Assembly: GCF_006345805.1 (NCBI RefSeq) | Contig: NC_043002.1 | Location: 24,862,001 to 24,926,000, forward strand | Direction of reading: 5' to 3' | Length of the DNA: 64,000 nucleotides | DNA from: Octopus sinensis | Taxonomy: Eukaryota | Shown: positions 1 to 13,194 of the stretch, piece after piece | How positions within the stretch are numbered: the stretch's first letter is position 1 | How the letters are laid out: every line of letters begins with the position of its first letter | Notes under the pieces: generated by a model | Seen by the model: the letters and a program-made list of their open reading frames with translations, nothing else | The model's database searches: none | Told to the model about the DNA's origin: nothing | Translations under genes and position numbers: made by a program

Positions 1-271
1 TAACAACGAAGAGAACCCAACTCAAATATTCTACAGCATCTAACTTTCGCATGCTTTTGGATTTATCAACCTGCCCGTCGAGGCAAGGTATTGTAACGTA
101 ACGGTAAATAAACATTTCCTTAAATCTTCATGCATTGGTCATCTTACACATTTTACAACTTGCCCTTTTAATAACAAACTCTTATCGTCACAACTGCTGG
201 CTCCAACATTTCTTTATAATATTGTGTACCAAATCAAATATCTACCGTTACATATATATATAATTGTGTTG

Positions 272-348
<77 letters not shown>
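272..348. repeat. Compound (CA)n(TA)n(TG)n microsatellite
   Basis: Directly visible; source of the spurious HTHT/YIYI/CVCV ORFs at 214-433. Confidence 0.95.
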
Positions 349-352
<4 letters not shown>

Positions 353-667
353 ACACCTAAACAAACACATGCACACATACATGTGCACACACACACACCA
401 TATTTACAGGAAATGTTGGTTCAAGTCCCATAGGTAGCTTTTAATATTTTACTATCCAAAGGCATTTTCTTAACCCAGTATTTACCCACTATTATTTATA
501 GCTTTATATGCATTGAGACCCACCATTCCAAAAAAGAATTATTTCATGTTCTCTCAGAGTTTATGAATTCTTGTGATGTCGCCAGAGTATGAACATAGCC
601 TTTGGACTATAAAGCACATAAAAAGATACATACATATAAAGCACATAAAAAGGTACATACATATATA

Positions 668-805
668 CGCATGACTCAGTGGTTAGTGTGTCAGGCTCAC
701 AGTCATGGGTTAGTGAGTTTGATTCTCAAAGTGGGCTGTGTGTTGTGCTCTTGAGCAAGGCACTTTATTTCACGTTGCTCCAGTTCACTCAGTTGTAGAA
801 ATTTC
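668..805 (+). mobile_element. tRNA-derived SINE, family B (second copy about 49720-49930)
   Basis: A-box-like TGACTCAGTGG and degenerate B box, followed by ttgtgctcttgagcaaggcactttatttcacgttgctccagttcactcag; similar tract at 49.72-49.83 kb. Confidence 0.65.
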
Positions 806-1009
806 ATCCATTTTCATCTGGCATGATTTCTATGGCTGGAAGCCCTTTCTATCACCAACACTAGAGCTGTTGTTATGTCTTTGATAAGACCCAATGATGT
901 CTCCACACAACTGCCAATCACTTTACTGGTGTAGTGGATGTATTTCTTTGTGGTACCCGTAGAAGAGGGATGCTGCCAAGGTAAGATTAGGGTTCACGTA
1001 AAAGACACC

Positions 1010-1160
1010 ATTGGAGCATGATCGTTACCAGCATTGCCTTACTGGCACCTGTGCCGGTGGCATGTGTATAAGATTCGAGTGAGATCGTTGCTAGCACCGC
1101 CTGACTGGCCCCATGCCAGTGGCACATAAAAGCACCCACTACACTCTCGGAGTGGTTGGC
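1010..1160 (+). mobile_element. Fragment of RTE-LINE 3'UTR tandem-repeat region
   Basis: Matches 2870-3400 (gatcgttaccagcattgccttactggcacctgtg...aaaagcacccactacactctcggagtggttggc). Confidence 0.8.
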
Positions 1161-1247
1161 ATCCTAGTTTTCCAGTATTTAGTTTTCAATGAACACTGGA
1201 AAACTAGGATGCAAACATCCCTTAAAGGATTATAGGTCCTCAGCATG

Positions 1248-1287
<40 letters not shown>

Positions 1288-1574
1288 TATGGTGATGCAA
1301 GCATGAAGAATTGTACTCAAACTAAGAGTGTATGAGTATATGTATGTTTGTATTATTATTTAGCAGAAGCAACAGAGTGACTCAAGGTCCCAGAGTCTCT
1401 TACGTTGGCACTTATCAAACTAGTTACAGGCTGAAGAATAGTGGGTTTACCTAGCTGGTGAGAATTACATTTTCCTCTGAATTGTTCTAGATTGAAATTT
1501 AAAGCATAATAATATAACAATACATACATACATGCATGCATACATATAAGTATGTATGTATTATGTATGCATGC

Positions 1575-1735
1575 GCGTGACTGGCTTTCACAGTTTTTTG
1601 CTTATCACATTCACTCACAAGGAATTGGTTAGTCTGGAGCTATTGTAGAAGACATTTGCCAAAGATGTCATACTGTGGGATTGAACTTACTATCTCCTGA
1701 TAGTGAAGAAAACACGTCTTAACTAGTCAGTCATG
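1575..1735 (-). mobile_element. tRNA-derived SINE family A, 5' half, degenerate
   Basis: Reverse complement resembles the head of the 10257 and 22293 copies. Confidence 0.65.
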
Positions 1736-1837
1736 CTTATATCCATGTAGATAAGCAACCAATGAGACACCACATAAACATATACACAAAGGCATGCATA
1801 GAAGCACATTAACATATATGCAAATATTGATGCGTAC

Positions 1838-1872
<35 letters not shown>

Positions 1873-1875
<3 letters not shown>

Positions 1876-2259
1876 TTATATATAAAAGTGAAGTTGTGTG
1901 TCTGTCTCCTACGATTTAGATTCCTAACTACTCCCACATTTTGCGGTGCAGTTTAACCAAAACCGGGTATCTTATAGTTGTGATTCATATCGAGCCCTTC
2001 TGGGTATTAGCGCGCGTCTACAATGAGTCTACGATTTAAAAAAAAATTTACCATCATTTTTTTTCCATTTTAATGCATTTTTTCCGTTATTATATAAGGG
2101 AAGTAACTCTCTAAAAATGTCTACGATGAGTCAATGATTTAAAAAAATTTACCATCATTTTTTTCCCATTTTTAATGCATTTTTTTGCTATAACTCTCTA
2201 AAAATGCTTATATAGTTATTTCCCTTACAAACCCGAGCAACGCCCGGCGATACTGCTAG
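1873..2259 (+). mobile_element. Non-autonomous Helitron (387 bp)
   Basis: 5' TC, 3' CTAG, subterminal hairpin cccgagcaacgcccgg, inserted between A and T in a (TA)n tract; first ~170 bp match the 5' end of the 25142-25987 element. Confidence 0.9.
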
Positions 2260-2689
2260 TATATATATATATATAAAAATACAGACATAAACAAATACAA
2301 CCACAATGACATATACATAAAGATCGACACACATGTACATACTCAAGCAAGCACAGACATGTATGCTGACAAACTTATGGAAATATATTCACATACACAT
2401 ACATATATAGATGAACAAACACAGACATAAAACCCAGCCACACGAATTCAGACGTCCACATGTATAGAGATGCACAGACATATATGCATACATATGTACA
2501 CAGATATACGCACATAGATAAAACGCATGCATACACATACATATAAACAGAGGTACAGGAGTAAAAGAAAGTCGCACAGACATATAAACATAGATACACA
2601 TAGAGATACAAGCACACAGACAAGTATTGATTAAAATAAATACAAATATGCATATACAAACACACACAAATGAGCACAGGCATAGATAT

Positions 2690-3403
2690 ACAGTTATCCC
2701 TCGAGAAAACCCGGCAAGTCAAATGAAACCATAATCTCATGGCCTATGCCAGGAGGCATAACCAGCCCACTTATGCACACCTTTTTCTTCTTTGGACACT
2801 AAAACTCTGATTGCAAAGACCGGTTGAAGCAAGTGAAATCAATCAAAAGCAAAATGAAAATGAAAATGAAATTCAATGACTGGCATCCGTGCTAGCAGGG
2901 TGCAAAGAGCACCATATGAGCATGATCATTGACAGAGTGGGTAACCGGCTTCTGTGCCAGTGGCACTTAAAAGGCACCATTTGAGCGTGATCGTTACCAG
3001 CGTCGCCTTACTGGCACTTGTGCCCGTGCTAGTAGGGTACCAAGAGCACCATCCGAGCGTGATCGTTGCCAGAGCAGCCAAGCGGCTTCTGTGTCAGTAG
3101 CACATAAAAGGGCACCATTCGAGCATGATCGTTACCAACGTTGCCTTACTGGCACCTGTGCTGGTGGCATGTGTAAAAGGATTCGAGCGAGGTCGTTGCC
3201 AGTATCGCTTGACTGGCCCCTGTGCCAGTGGCACGTAAAAAGCACCCACTACACTCTTGGAGTGGTTGATGATAGGAAGGGCATCCAGCTGTAGAAACTG
3301 CCAAATCAAGATTGGAGCCTGGTGCAGCCATCTGGTTCGCCAGCCCTCAGTCAAAATCGTCCAACCCATACTAGCATGGAAAGCAGACGTTAAACGATGA
3401 TGA
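2690..3403 (+). mobile_element. 5'-truncated RTE LINE: ORF end, 3'UTR with ~60-bp tandem units, and (GAT)n tail
   Basis: LEKTRQVK* resembles VTVKTQQMK* of the 59060-60708 LINE; same 3' end ggcatccagctgtagaaac...aaacgatgatgat. Confidence 0.8.
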
Positions 3404-3904
3404 TCCACTATAATGTAAATTTGGAGGAACTGTGGTTGTTCATTTGTGGGTAAGAGGGAACTAATGAGGTGATAAACTTGCCCTTGAACTTTGACGTTGG
3501 TATAAATTCATGTTTAACTATCTTCTTAGATGCAGTACATGAAGTCATTTGAAATGCAGAGTTGTATTGTGTGATATTGTTCAATAAATCCTTTGGCTGG
3601 ATGAAAGTGCCTTCTAGAGGATCCATAAGAGGTTGAGAAGGAGCTGGTAATGCTGGCAATCTTACCTGACCACCTCAGCAGCACATGCCTAGTGCTCAAC
3701 AAATTCATTCTCACCTTATCCCAGTGTATTTTGCATTCTATTACTCTATCATTCATCTTGTACTCCTATTTGAAAGCTCTAATAGCCTTGTTAATCTTGT
3801 CTTCAGCACTTTTTCTTTGGCATAATAAAATATATTTGATATAAATTGTTAGAAATGATAACGGAACAGGGTTTGTACATATCCAACACACTCTGTAAAA
3901 TGGT

Positions 3905-4035
3905 TGGTGTTAGGAAGGGCATCCAGCTGTAGAAACCATACTAAATCAGACGGGAGTTTGGTGCAGCCCTCCCCCACCAGCTTTAGTCACACCATCCAAC
4001 CCATGCCAGTATGAACAATGAATGTTAACTGATGA
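3905..4035 (+). mobile_element. RTE-LINE 3' terminal fragment
   Basis: ggaagggcatccagctgtagaaac...ccaacccatgccagtatg...gatgatg. Confidence 0.75.
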
Positions 4036-4129
4036 TGTTATGTGGGTGCAAAAAAAAAAAGCTTACAGAGAAATAACCAGTAATTACCAACCACTTTTCA
4101 CTCTAACTCCTTGATGATCACTTATATGG

Positions 4130-4780
4130 CTTTTGTAAAGCCAGAGCTACTGCAGTCCTGTTTCCTTATGTCATGCCCCAGCAGACCAATATCCTTAACA
4201 AGCTTACTGTTAACTGTTGCATTTAATCATGTGCATTGTGAGAATCTCCTTGATAAGCTGCCTACATAACTTCTTTGTATTCATGATTGTATTTTTCCTG
4301 CCATTACACAACATTAATGAACACAGGTGAGGATAAGCTTAAAAACTGAATTGAAGATAGCAAATTTGGCCTTTTTACCAACCTTTCCTCTTCTGAGGAT
4401 TGAATGCCAGAGCTGCCATATTACTGTGCTGGTGCTAGCACCTGCATTTCTAGCATCCATTTCAGCCTTCTGCCTTCCATCACACATAAGTATGGCCCTG
4501 AGACACTTAAACTTCAGCACTTGTCTCAGTCTTCACAACACTAATACTCATCCTTAACTTGTAGCACTCAGCAGTGAACAGATTCAGTGCATGCTGGAGA
4601 TCACCTTCTGATAAGCTATGTTGCATCTTCTTGCCTGCAAATATCAGCCAACCAATCCTACATTCACTGATTTTGATACTACTTCCACAACAGCTGTACA
4701 TGTCAATTCAGTTTATAAGAGTTATGAAAGGGAGAGGTGACAATACACACCCCTGCTGAAGTCCTACATGGAAAGGTTTT
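4130..4780 (-). mobile_element. Degenerate RTE-clade (Expander/Rex3-like) RT fragment
   Basis: HGCVLSPLPFITLMN, LQHALNLF..EC..L.MSIS..KTE, FKCL, EMDAR, KAKFAIFNSVF.LILT across broken frames. Confidence 0.65.
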
Positions 4781-5559
4781 GACTCAGTACTATTTACCTG
4801 AACACAAACATTTTGGCATTCATAAAGAGATTTCACAGCAACCAGAATTAGTTCATTAATCCCAAACTCTGGCAAAATCCTCAATCACCAGTATTATTTA
4901 TATCACAAAGTCAATTCTGATGTAAGTATAAGAACCTACCATCAGAGACCCTACAAAACGTCCATGGATATTGCTCGTTTTTGGTGCAAAGAACTTCAAA
5001 AGTTGCTCCAAAATTTGATAACTGAAAGAAATTTCAAATACTTGGGAAGGGAAGGACTGTTGGAACTCAGTACATCTAAACCCTTAAGCATTTAAACTGG
5101 GCATATCCTGCCCAAATATTCTACCTATTTTATGTTCAAGCCAGCTGGATCTGGCCTCTCACACAAGTCATTCTAAAACTAAACAATCATCAAAATCTCA
5201 AAGCTATGAGATAATTCATGATAAATTCAAACCATGTGAATGAATAAGCCGCATTACACTTGACAGAGTAATCTGAATGCAAAAAGGTTAATGCTGACAT
5301 GCAAATAAACTTCTTTACACATTGTAAAACAATATAGAATTGTGTCAATGTTAATGTTTAAAATACCCTCACAATACTATAAATTTTACATCAGTGAAAT
5401 AATTCTTTACAATTCAGTTTACCTCGATTTCTAACACTTTATAACAAATTTCACAGCTCTAGCATCTCCCTCACACAGGTCATTGTTACTTGTTTCAGTT
5501 ACATTATGCCTTTCAAATATATCCAGGATATGTCCTTCCTCTAACATAGTGTTGTGCTC

Positions 5560-6370
5560 TCTTCAGCGGGGAGATAACAGTTTACTCAAAGTAGCTGCTC
5601 TCAGCTTCCACCACAGCCTCAAAACAGCTCCAGAACCTGGTTCATGTGTTCCTCAGTGTTCTAGAGAAGATTTTCAAACACTTCTTTGATCTTAGCTTGG
5701 TATTGCAGGTAGAGCAGTTGGTGTCTTTCTTAACTGCATCTCCCACACAGTAATCCATGGGATTACAATTAGGGAAATTAGGATGCCAGAAATTGGGGCT
5801 GAAGAAGTTGTAGAATACTCCGACCACTTTTGACTCTTTTCAGAGGCATGGCAAAGAATTGAATCCTGCTGCCACACATGGTTTTCCAGCAGCAACCCTC
5901 TCAACCATGGATTGATCATAGTCTCCAGCAGCTTCATGTAGCTGTCTGAATTGAGCTTAAGGCCCTATTCAAGGATGTGAGGATGAATTCTGGCATGTGA
6001 ACACAGCCAGAAGGCCTGCTGTGACCCTTCTGCTGGCCACAGCTTTTGTAGTCTCTGTTGCAACTGTCACATCATGTCTTACATGCTTTACAGTGTTCAC
6101 AGATCATTGAGCAGCAGTCATGATATCAGCATTTTGACACCCGGTGCAAATTATCATGATACAGGTAACTCTTTTCCAGTATACAAAAGGCTTCCAATCC
6201 ACTATGTCAACTTTTTCTTAACAACTTTAATCTTTATAATTTCCAATGTTGTTGACTATTCACCAATACATCGAGCTGTTCTTGAACGAAAGAGACAAAA
6301 AGTTGCCAAATTTAGCCTGAATATCTTGTACAATTCACCTGAAAGAAGATACAATATAAATAGAGTACTT
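5560..6370 (-). mobile_element. Internally deleted Tc1/mariner-superfamily transposon (Tc1/maT-like)
   Basis: QQDS..CH, FWHPNFPNCNPMDY (WPPNSPDLNPLDY-like) and an N-terminal HTH-like KRVTCIMIICTGCQNADIM; homologous to 24400-24850. Confidence 0.7.
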
Positions 6371-7357
6371 CCATAATATAACTTATCTTAAATGCATTTA
6401 TATTTTTATAAACTTATGGTTTCATACTTTATTCCAGTATACTGTCACATTTATATGCACAGAATCATACATTTTCCCTTACAAAACTACTTTAAAATAT
6501 CTTCCAATTAGTGTGTCATCATCATCACTTAATGTCCACTTCACCAGGCTTGCATGGTTCAGACAGAATTTGTTGAGGCACATTTTCTACCTTCATGACA
6601 AAACATATTAAATTAGTTTTTTCTCACAAAAGATTCTTCTAAAATATAGGTGCATCTTGTGTGAAAGTGCATCTTATATATCGAAATATATGTGAAATAC
6701 TGTGTACCCTATGTAAAAATAGCAGGTACACAAAAGATGCAGTGGAACCTTAGGTGGGTTAGCAGAGAACCATAACCTGAAAAATGCTTGACATACTGGA
6801 ATAGTTAGTTGTACAGGTATATGAGGATATGATGAATCACTTAAATGGTTCATTAGATGTACATGATAGTATATACCACCTGAGTGATCTAATTAGTATT
6901 GGGGAAAGGTGTAGAGAAAGCAGGTTAGCTAGAACATGAAAGAGGTAGGATATGTTCAAAGAGGTATTGGCTTTGTTAATGACAAGGGGTTTTGCCATGG
7001 ATATAAAATGTAGACTATATGAAATAATTTGTGTAATACAGATACTGAATAAAAGTTGCAGAATAGAAATGAGGTATATTAGATGTATGTGAACTGGCAT
7101 GAAATACTGAATACAAATTGAACTAATAGAGAAACTTGGTATCAGCCAATGTGTGCAGTGTGCCATGTGCCAATGCACTGGTCTGGGCATTTAATCATAA
7201 ACAAACAAGAGAAATGGATGGAAAATTCCATATGTTTGATAGAGGAAAAATAGGAAGAAGTGGTAATATCATATATGTCTCACAGATAAGATGATTGTCA
7301 GTATGTTGTACAACAAAGTCAAGTCAGCATAGAAAACAAAGGTTAAAATAGGGCTGA

Positions 7358-8923
7358 TTATGATGATGGTTTCTTTCTTGTATGAATTATGTAGTGCTTA
7401 TTTAAGTTACATTTATGCATAAAAGTCTTATCACAGATTCCACATTTGTGTGTTTCATTACTTGTATGATTTGCATAATGTTTCTTTAAGTCTCTAATAC
7501 ACAAATAGGCTTTAGGACAAAGCTCACACTGAAAGGGCCTCTCTCCTGAATGAAGTAACTTATGTTTTTTCAAAGTAGAACTTTCTGAAAAAGTTTTATT
7601 ACAAACTTCACAGTGGTATGGTTTCTCTCCCGTGTGGACCTTTTTATGTCTATCTCTGTTAGATTTTAATGAAAATGATTTACCACAAATGTCACAGCTA
7701 TATGGTTTCTCTCCACTATGAACCACTTTATGGTTCTTCAAGTAATCATTGCACGAGAAAGATTTACCACAAGTTTCACAGATGTAAGGTTTCTCTCCAG
7801 TATGAACAGCTTTATGCCTCTTTAAATTTTGACTTCTTGCAAATACTTTCTCACAAATATCACATCGGTGTGGATTAGAAGCACAAGATTCTGCAATATG
7901 GACCAACTTATGCTTTATTAAGTCAGTATTATTCCAGAAGCTTTTACCACAAAAGTTGCAGTAGTAAGGTTTCACGCCTGTGTGAACCATTTTATGCTTA
8001 GTAAAGTCACTTTTTCTAGGGAATGATCCACCACAAATTTCACATTTATATATTTTATCTCCAGTGTGAACCAACATATGCTGCTTTAATCCACTGTTAA
8101 TTGGGTAAGTTTTACCACAAATTTCACAGTGGAATGGTTTTTCTCCTGTGTGAACCATTATATGCCTTTTTAGAGTAGAACGTCTGTTAAAAGCTTTGCT
8201 GCACACATCACATGTATATGGTTTCTCTGCTGTATGAACAAGTTGATGGTCCATTAAGATACTTTTGTAGGCAAATATTTTACCACAGATGTCACAATGA
8301 TATGGACTTTCCCCAGTGTGAATCATTCTGTGCTTCTTCAAGTAACAATCATTGAAGAACATTTTCCCACAAATTTCACAATAAAATGGTTTCTGTCCAG
8401 TGTGAACCATTTTATGCTTTGTTAAGTCATTTCTTCTGGAGAAGGCTTTGTCACAAAAGTCACATTTGTGTAATTTTTCCCCTGTATGAAGTACCCCGTG
8501 TTGCTTTAACACAGCCTTACTCGAGAAAGATTTACCACAAATTTCACAGCGGTATGGTCTCTCTCCTGAGTGAACCAGTAGATGGTATTTCAAAGCACCA
8601 CATCGCGAGTAAGTTTTGTCACAAATACTACAGCAGAATGGTTTCTGTCCTGAGTGTGTCATTTTATGCATCTTTACTTCACACTCTCTTTTGAAATATT
8701 TACCACAAACATCACATTTATATGGTTTGTCTGCTGTATGAGCAAGCTTATGTGCCTTTAAATAACTATTATACAAGAATGCTTTACCACATACATTGCA
8801 GTGATATGGTTTTTCTCCAGAATGTTTATGCAGATTATAACGCGAAATGTTAGAAAAGTTTTTACCACAAATTTTACAATGGTAATTTTTCTTTACTGCA
8901 TTAACTGTATTGTCTCCCATCAT
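7358..8923 (-). CDS. C2H2 zinc-finger protein ZNF1, 521 aa, 18 fingers (first degenerate), no effector domain
   Basis: Intact ORF of tandem CxxC-x12-HxxxH with TGEKP-type linkers. Confidence 0.95.
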   Translation of the reverse strand: MMGDNTVNAVKKNYHCKICGKNFSNISRYNLHKHSGEKPYHCNVCGKAFLYNSYLKAHKLAHTADKPYKCDVCGKYFKRECEVKMHKMTHSGQKPFCCSICDKTYSRCGALKYHLLVHSGERPYRCEICGKSFSSKAVLKQHGVLHTGEKLHKCDFCDKAFSRRNDLTKHKMVHTGQKPFYCEICGKMFFNDCYLKKHRMIHTGESPYHCDICGKIFAYKSILMDHQLVHTAEKPYTCDVCSKAFNRRSTLKRHIMVHTGEKPFHCEICGKTYPINSGLKQHMLVHTGDKIYKCEICGGSFPRKSDFTKHKMVHTGVKPYYCNFCGKSFWNNTDLIKHKLVHIAESCASNPHRCDICEKVFARSQNLKRHKAVHTGEKPYICETCGKSFSCNDYLKNHKVVHSGEKPYSCDICGKSFSLKSNRDRHKKVHTGEKPYHCEVCNKTFSESSTLKKHKLLHSGERPFQCELCPKAYLCIRDLKKHYANHTSNETHKCGICDKTFMHKCNLNKHYIIHTRKKPSS

Positions 8924-9089
8924 GTTGCTATGTTTTCACACACAACTTTTAGTAATAATAATTTGGTTGTAGCTTTCGAAAATATAAATTGGACATTGTA
9001 AGTTCAATATTTTGTTAAACTCTCAGAGAATGCCTTTCTTTAGTTAAGAGTCCAACTTAGCGTTTTCATATTCAAGATGGAAGCATTTC

Positions 9090-9101
9090 CTGAAATACAA
9101 A
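9090..9101 (-). promoter_or_regulatory. ZNF1 splice acceptor (TTTGTATTTCAG|G); coding exon starts at 9089
   Basis: Same motif at 36464, 51643 and 63926; in-frame stop between acceptor and ATG, so the exon start is 5'UTR. Confidence 0.8.
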
Positions 9102-9363
9102 GAAAACAAACATTAACATGAAATCAACTATTATGATATAATAAATTTAAAACTGTACAATGACAGTATCTTTCAAGGATTCCATTTTAAAATCTAATGC
9201 TACATCATTCAAGAGTTGTTTAAACTCCCACAACTGAAAACTAAAACATAGATATGCCATAATGTTGTAGACAACATACAATTTCTAGCATACAAGAGGT
9301 AATGTTTGTTTCCATGAAATCATGTCTGGACTAGAGGAAAACATTAAAATTATTATTAGTAAA

Positions 9364-9727
9364 CTACAAGCAAAACGCTCCCCGTCCAATGGACGGTGCT
9401 GAGTTGTCAAACATTTAAACCAAATTTTCTTAAAACAACTTGTCCGACCATCCCATAGGCCTGCCCTTTGAGAAACACCGACTTAACCTAAATTTGAGAT
9501 ACCAGCAAAAGACGGATTTCGATTGATGTACTTGCACGTACAAATGCATGTTCCCATGGCTTTATCGATCGCATTCTCACCTGGAATCAATATTTGTAAT
9601 TTTTTCATGACTTATACACGCCCTGATACCATCGGTATCTACATATCAAATCTGAGCGCAATCGGATGCAGGATACCCAAGATCCTAGAAGACACACACA
9701 CAGACAGAACGGATTTTATATAATAGA
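9364..9727 (-). mobile_element. Non-autonomous Helitron in the ZNF1 intron
   Basis: 5' TCTATTATATAAAA, perfect hairpin CCGTCCA-T-TGGACGG, 3' GTAG (CTAG variant), A/T target. Confidence 0.75.
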
Positions 9728-10203
9728 TATTTCTACAAAGATCTATGAACACACTACATCATGACTGGATGCCCTTCCTAACACCAACCACTTTACAGTG
9801 TGCTGGGTGCTTTTAAAGTGCTACTGACATGGCTGTATCTCTGCAGCACAGGCATGAGTGCATTTTATGTGGCACCTATAAAGGACAAGCTTGTATGTAT
9901 GGAGGACAATGATTTTACTTAGCTTAGTGTGTCTTCTCAAGTACAGCAAATTGCCACAATTTGTTCAAAGGAGAACTGGCAATAGTAACACTCTCCATAT
10001 GCTGCAACTTCCATAGACGTGAGATGTAAACACACAGTGTGTATGTATTAGGACAGAATAGCTTTCATGAAGCATTGCCTTATATATATGTATGTTCTTG
10101 ATTAATTTTTTTAAACCAAAACAATGCGTGTTAGAAAAATAATAGTACAAACCATCAACTTGTATTATTAATTTTTATACTTAAAAAATCATTAAACACA
10201 CAC

Positions 10204-10256
<53 letters not shown>

Positions 10257-10258
<2 letters not shown>

Positions 10259-10407
10259 CACAGGAGTGGCTGTGTGGTAAGTAGCTTGCTTACCAACCAC
10301 ATGGTCTGGGTTCAGTCCCACTGCATGGCACCTTGGGCAAGTGTCTTCAACTATAGCCTCACGCCTTGTGAGTGGATTTGGTAAACGAAAGCTGAAAGAA
10401 GCCCGTC

Positions 10408-10471
<64 letters not shown>

Positions 10472-10625
10472 TTATCCCCCACCGTCGTTGGTGTGTCTAC
10501 GTCTCCGTAATATAGCAGTTCGGAAAAAAGAGACCGATAGAATAAGTTCTGGGGTCGAATTGTTCGACTAAAGGCAGTACTCCAGCATGGCTGCAGTCAA
10601 ATGACTGAAACAAATAAAAGAGTAA
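10257..10625 (+). mobile_element. tRNA-derived SINE family A with internal (TA)n
   Basis: A box TGGCTGTGTGG, B box GGTTCAGTCCC; full-length homologues at 22293 and 57750. Confidence 0.85.
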
Positions 10626-10879
10626 ACACATACACATACATGTACGTAAATAGATAACGGTACAGTTTAAATGAAACAGTTGCATCATCAATCAAATTAC
10701 TTCTGAAGAACTGCAAATGGCATGGGCTCTTTCTTTAGACCTAAAAAAAAAGTAACTGAATATCCTAAGAACTAGAGGCAAAATGCAAAGGAGACCTGCA
10801 GATCGTATTTAACATCAACAAGTTGAAAACTTTTACTTAATTGATGATAAGTGAAAGTGATGCCATTTTTATCTTTTTC

Positions 10880-11165
10880 TTTTACTTGTTTCAATCATCA
10901 GACTGCGGCCATGCTAGAGCAATTTTTTTAGTTGAATGAACACATTAACACCAGTTGTCAAGCGGTAAGAGTATTACAAACAAAGACATACACACACATC
11001 AACCGATGACGGGCTTCTTTCACTTTCTGCCTAACAAATCCACTCACAAGACTTTGGTCAGCCCGAGGCTATAGCAGAATACATTTGCACAAAGTGTTAT
11101 GCAGTGGGACTGAACCCGGAACTATGTAGTTGGGAAGCAAGCTTTTTTTTCCATACAGTCACGTC
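10880..11165 (-). mobile_element. SINE family A, degenerate, inverted relative to the 10257 copy
   Basis: Reverse complement of the family A head and tail. Confidence 0.7.
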
Positions 11166-12350
11166 TGTGCCTACATAAACTAAAAATGACAAAAAGAAAG
11201 AAAAGAGCTAATGAATGGTCATTGGATATTTCCATTTTCTTCCAACTACAAATCTTAATCTGAACATTTTCAAAAAATGTACTTTTCATATAGTTTTTCA
11301 TGTTTATGACGAATACCACAGTTATTATGCTGGAAATTTATTAGGCGGAAGTCTTGCCAATTTATAACAAAGAAGTTAGAAACATTTAAAGTTACATATT
11401 TTTAGCCAATTTTTAGCAGTACCTTCTCGAGATTGTAATATACTCGAAGAATGTATTTGTCAATCATTTCTGCCTGGAACAATTATTTACATTGAGCGAC
11501 CTGTGGCGTGCATATTCTCATATTTTTGAAATATCAGGGTACCAATTTCGCGATAGAACGCCAAACCCTAACCTTTTCAAAAGATACTGCAGAGCATAGC
11601 TCAATTTCATAACATTCCGTTAATATTTTATTTCAACATTGTTTTGTTTTATTTTGTTTTTTAAATAAAAGCCTTCCTTTTTGCTTGTTTGCTTTCATTA
11701 AATTTATTTTTCAAAAAACTTATCTAATTTTTATGGTTCCCTTTCTTCAACGATAGTCTGTTGCCATGGCAACTATGGCAGCAAACAGTTCCGACTTCGG
11801 CTTGTAAAGGACACTGGATTCACTTCATTAGCTAAAACATACTTTTCAATGCTTCTATCTTGTTAATAATGAATATCTCGAAAAACGAATGCGTTATTCA
11901 CCATCAGCATGCAAAACCACATCTGTGTGGATAATTTGAAAAATCTTCAAGTGGTTGGAAGAAAACGAAAACGATCCCGGCCATCTCCAGTGTCGATGTT
12001 ACGCACAATGATTCATGTCAGATAGCGGAAATCACTTGAAACGTCGACAAGGGTAACAACGAGAAAGCATATAAGCCACAGTGCGCACGCATCGGATTAT
12101 CAACAAATAAAAAGAACTGGAATGACGGTAGACACGAATAGCTGAATAAAAAGTTCTGGAAGTTTAAAAAAATTATTGTTTACCATTTCCTAATCACAGA
12201 CCTCCGTAATTCCTTGACACAAACTGTTTCAATAAACAGATATAACACTAAATAACGTCTCTCTTTATGCATTACATCATTGTGACATAGCAATAATAAA
12301 CTTAAACTATATCTGTTAACTACCAACATAGTGACATCAGACTAAAGAGA

Positions 12351-12357
12351 TCTTACC
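12351..12357 (-). promoter_or_regulatory. Predicted ZNF1 exon-1 donor GAG|GTAAGA (intron 9090-12356)
   Basis: Context aaagagatcttacctcaa is shared with ZNF2 at 37107-37123. Confidence 0.65.
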
Positions 12358-12772
12358 TCAAAAATATTTCTTCTATGTAGTATCTTTCTCATCTTAAACA
12401 TCAACAACTTAAAGAAGCAACAAGGAAGCTTCTCCAGTTATTCGACTTGTTAGATATAGCAGCCAAATCTCCCTCAAATCACATCCTACTGTCTTAAAAA
12501 GAGGAAACATTGGTTAATAGTTTAATATGGCAGCTTGTGTTTATATACGAAATGTTATACTTTTATTTCTTTCCCCAAATAGATAATTTATATTTGATGG
12601 GGAAAAAATGAGATGTTCATGACAGGAATGTCTTTGATCATAGGTCAGGGCTTAGTGTTTTTAAACAACTGTAAGAACAACACATCCATCCATTATTAAC
12701 CACGGTTAATTGAAAATATTTACACCCAACAACCAAGTGGTTTAATCACGATAACAACACACGTTATAGCTG

Positions 12773-12800
12773 CCGGAAGTAAAGACTAAAGTAAGCGATA
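12773..12800. promoter_or_regulatory. 28-bp promoter module copy 1 (ETS site CCGGAAGT + TAA..GATA)
   Basis: Ungapped alignment with 37299-37326 and 55126-55153; 20 of 28 positions invariant. Confidence 0.75.
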
Positions 12801-13194
12801 ATTACCACATGGCTAAACTAAGTAATAAACAATAACATTTTTGTCAACAATCAACATTGACATGTGAGAGAGACGAAATTTACTTTCCGTTTCAGTTTTT
12901 TTTTTGTCAGAGGGTTGGGGAGAATAGAGACTCTATGTGGTTTCTTGAAATGCTAGAAATAGAGTCAAAATCTTTTCAAATAATATTTCATCGTCTATAA
13001 AAAGCATACTTTGGAAATTAACATTTATGTGTCTGCTAGTATTGGCTTCGGCAGAGGTCTAGAACAGTACGCCCACATAAGTTGAATTTTCTCCGTTTTT
13101 CAATTTTTCTTTTACCACATACTTCGAGATGATAGCGGGAGGGGAAGCTTTTTGTGAAAAAAATTTGGTAAAATTACGATTTTCACAAAAAAAA

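Noticed and set aside
214-433. ORFs rich in YIYI/HTHT/CVCV (also at 2375-2740, 14640-14957, 24858-25236, 27218-27580, 32023-32518, 33450-33710, 60848-61036)
   Set aside because: Translations of dinucleotide microsatellites or low-complexity DNA
7669-8694. Plus-strand ORFs overlapping ZNF1 (likewise 35370-35552 and 35877-36206 in ZNF2)
   Set aside because: Antisense shadows of the periodic zinc-finger codons
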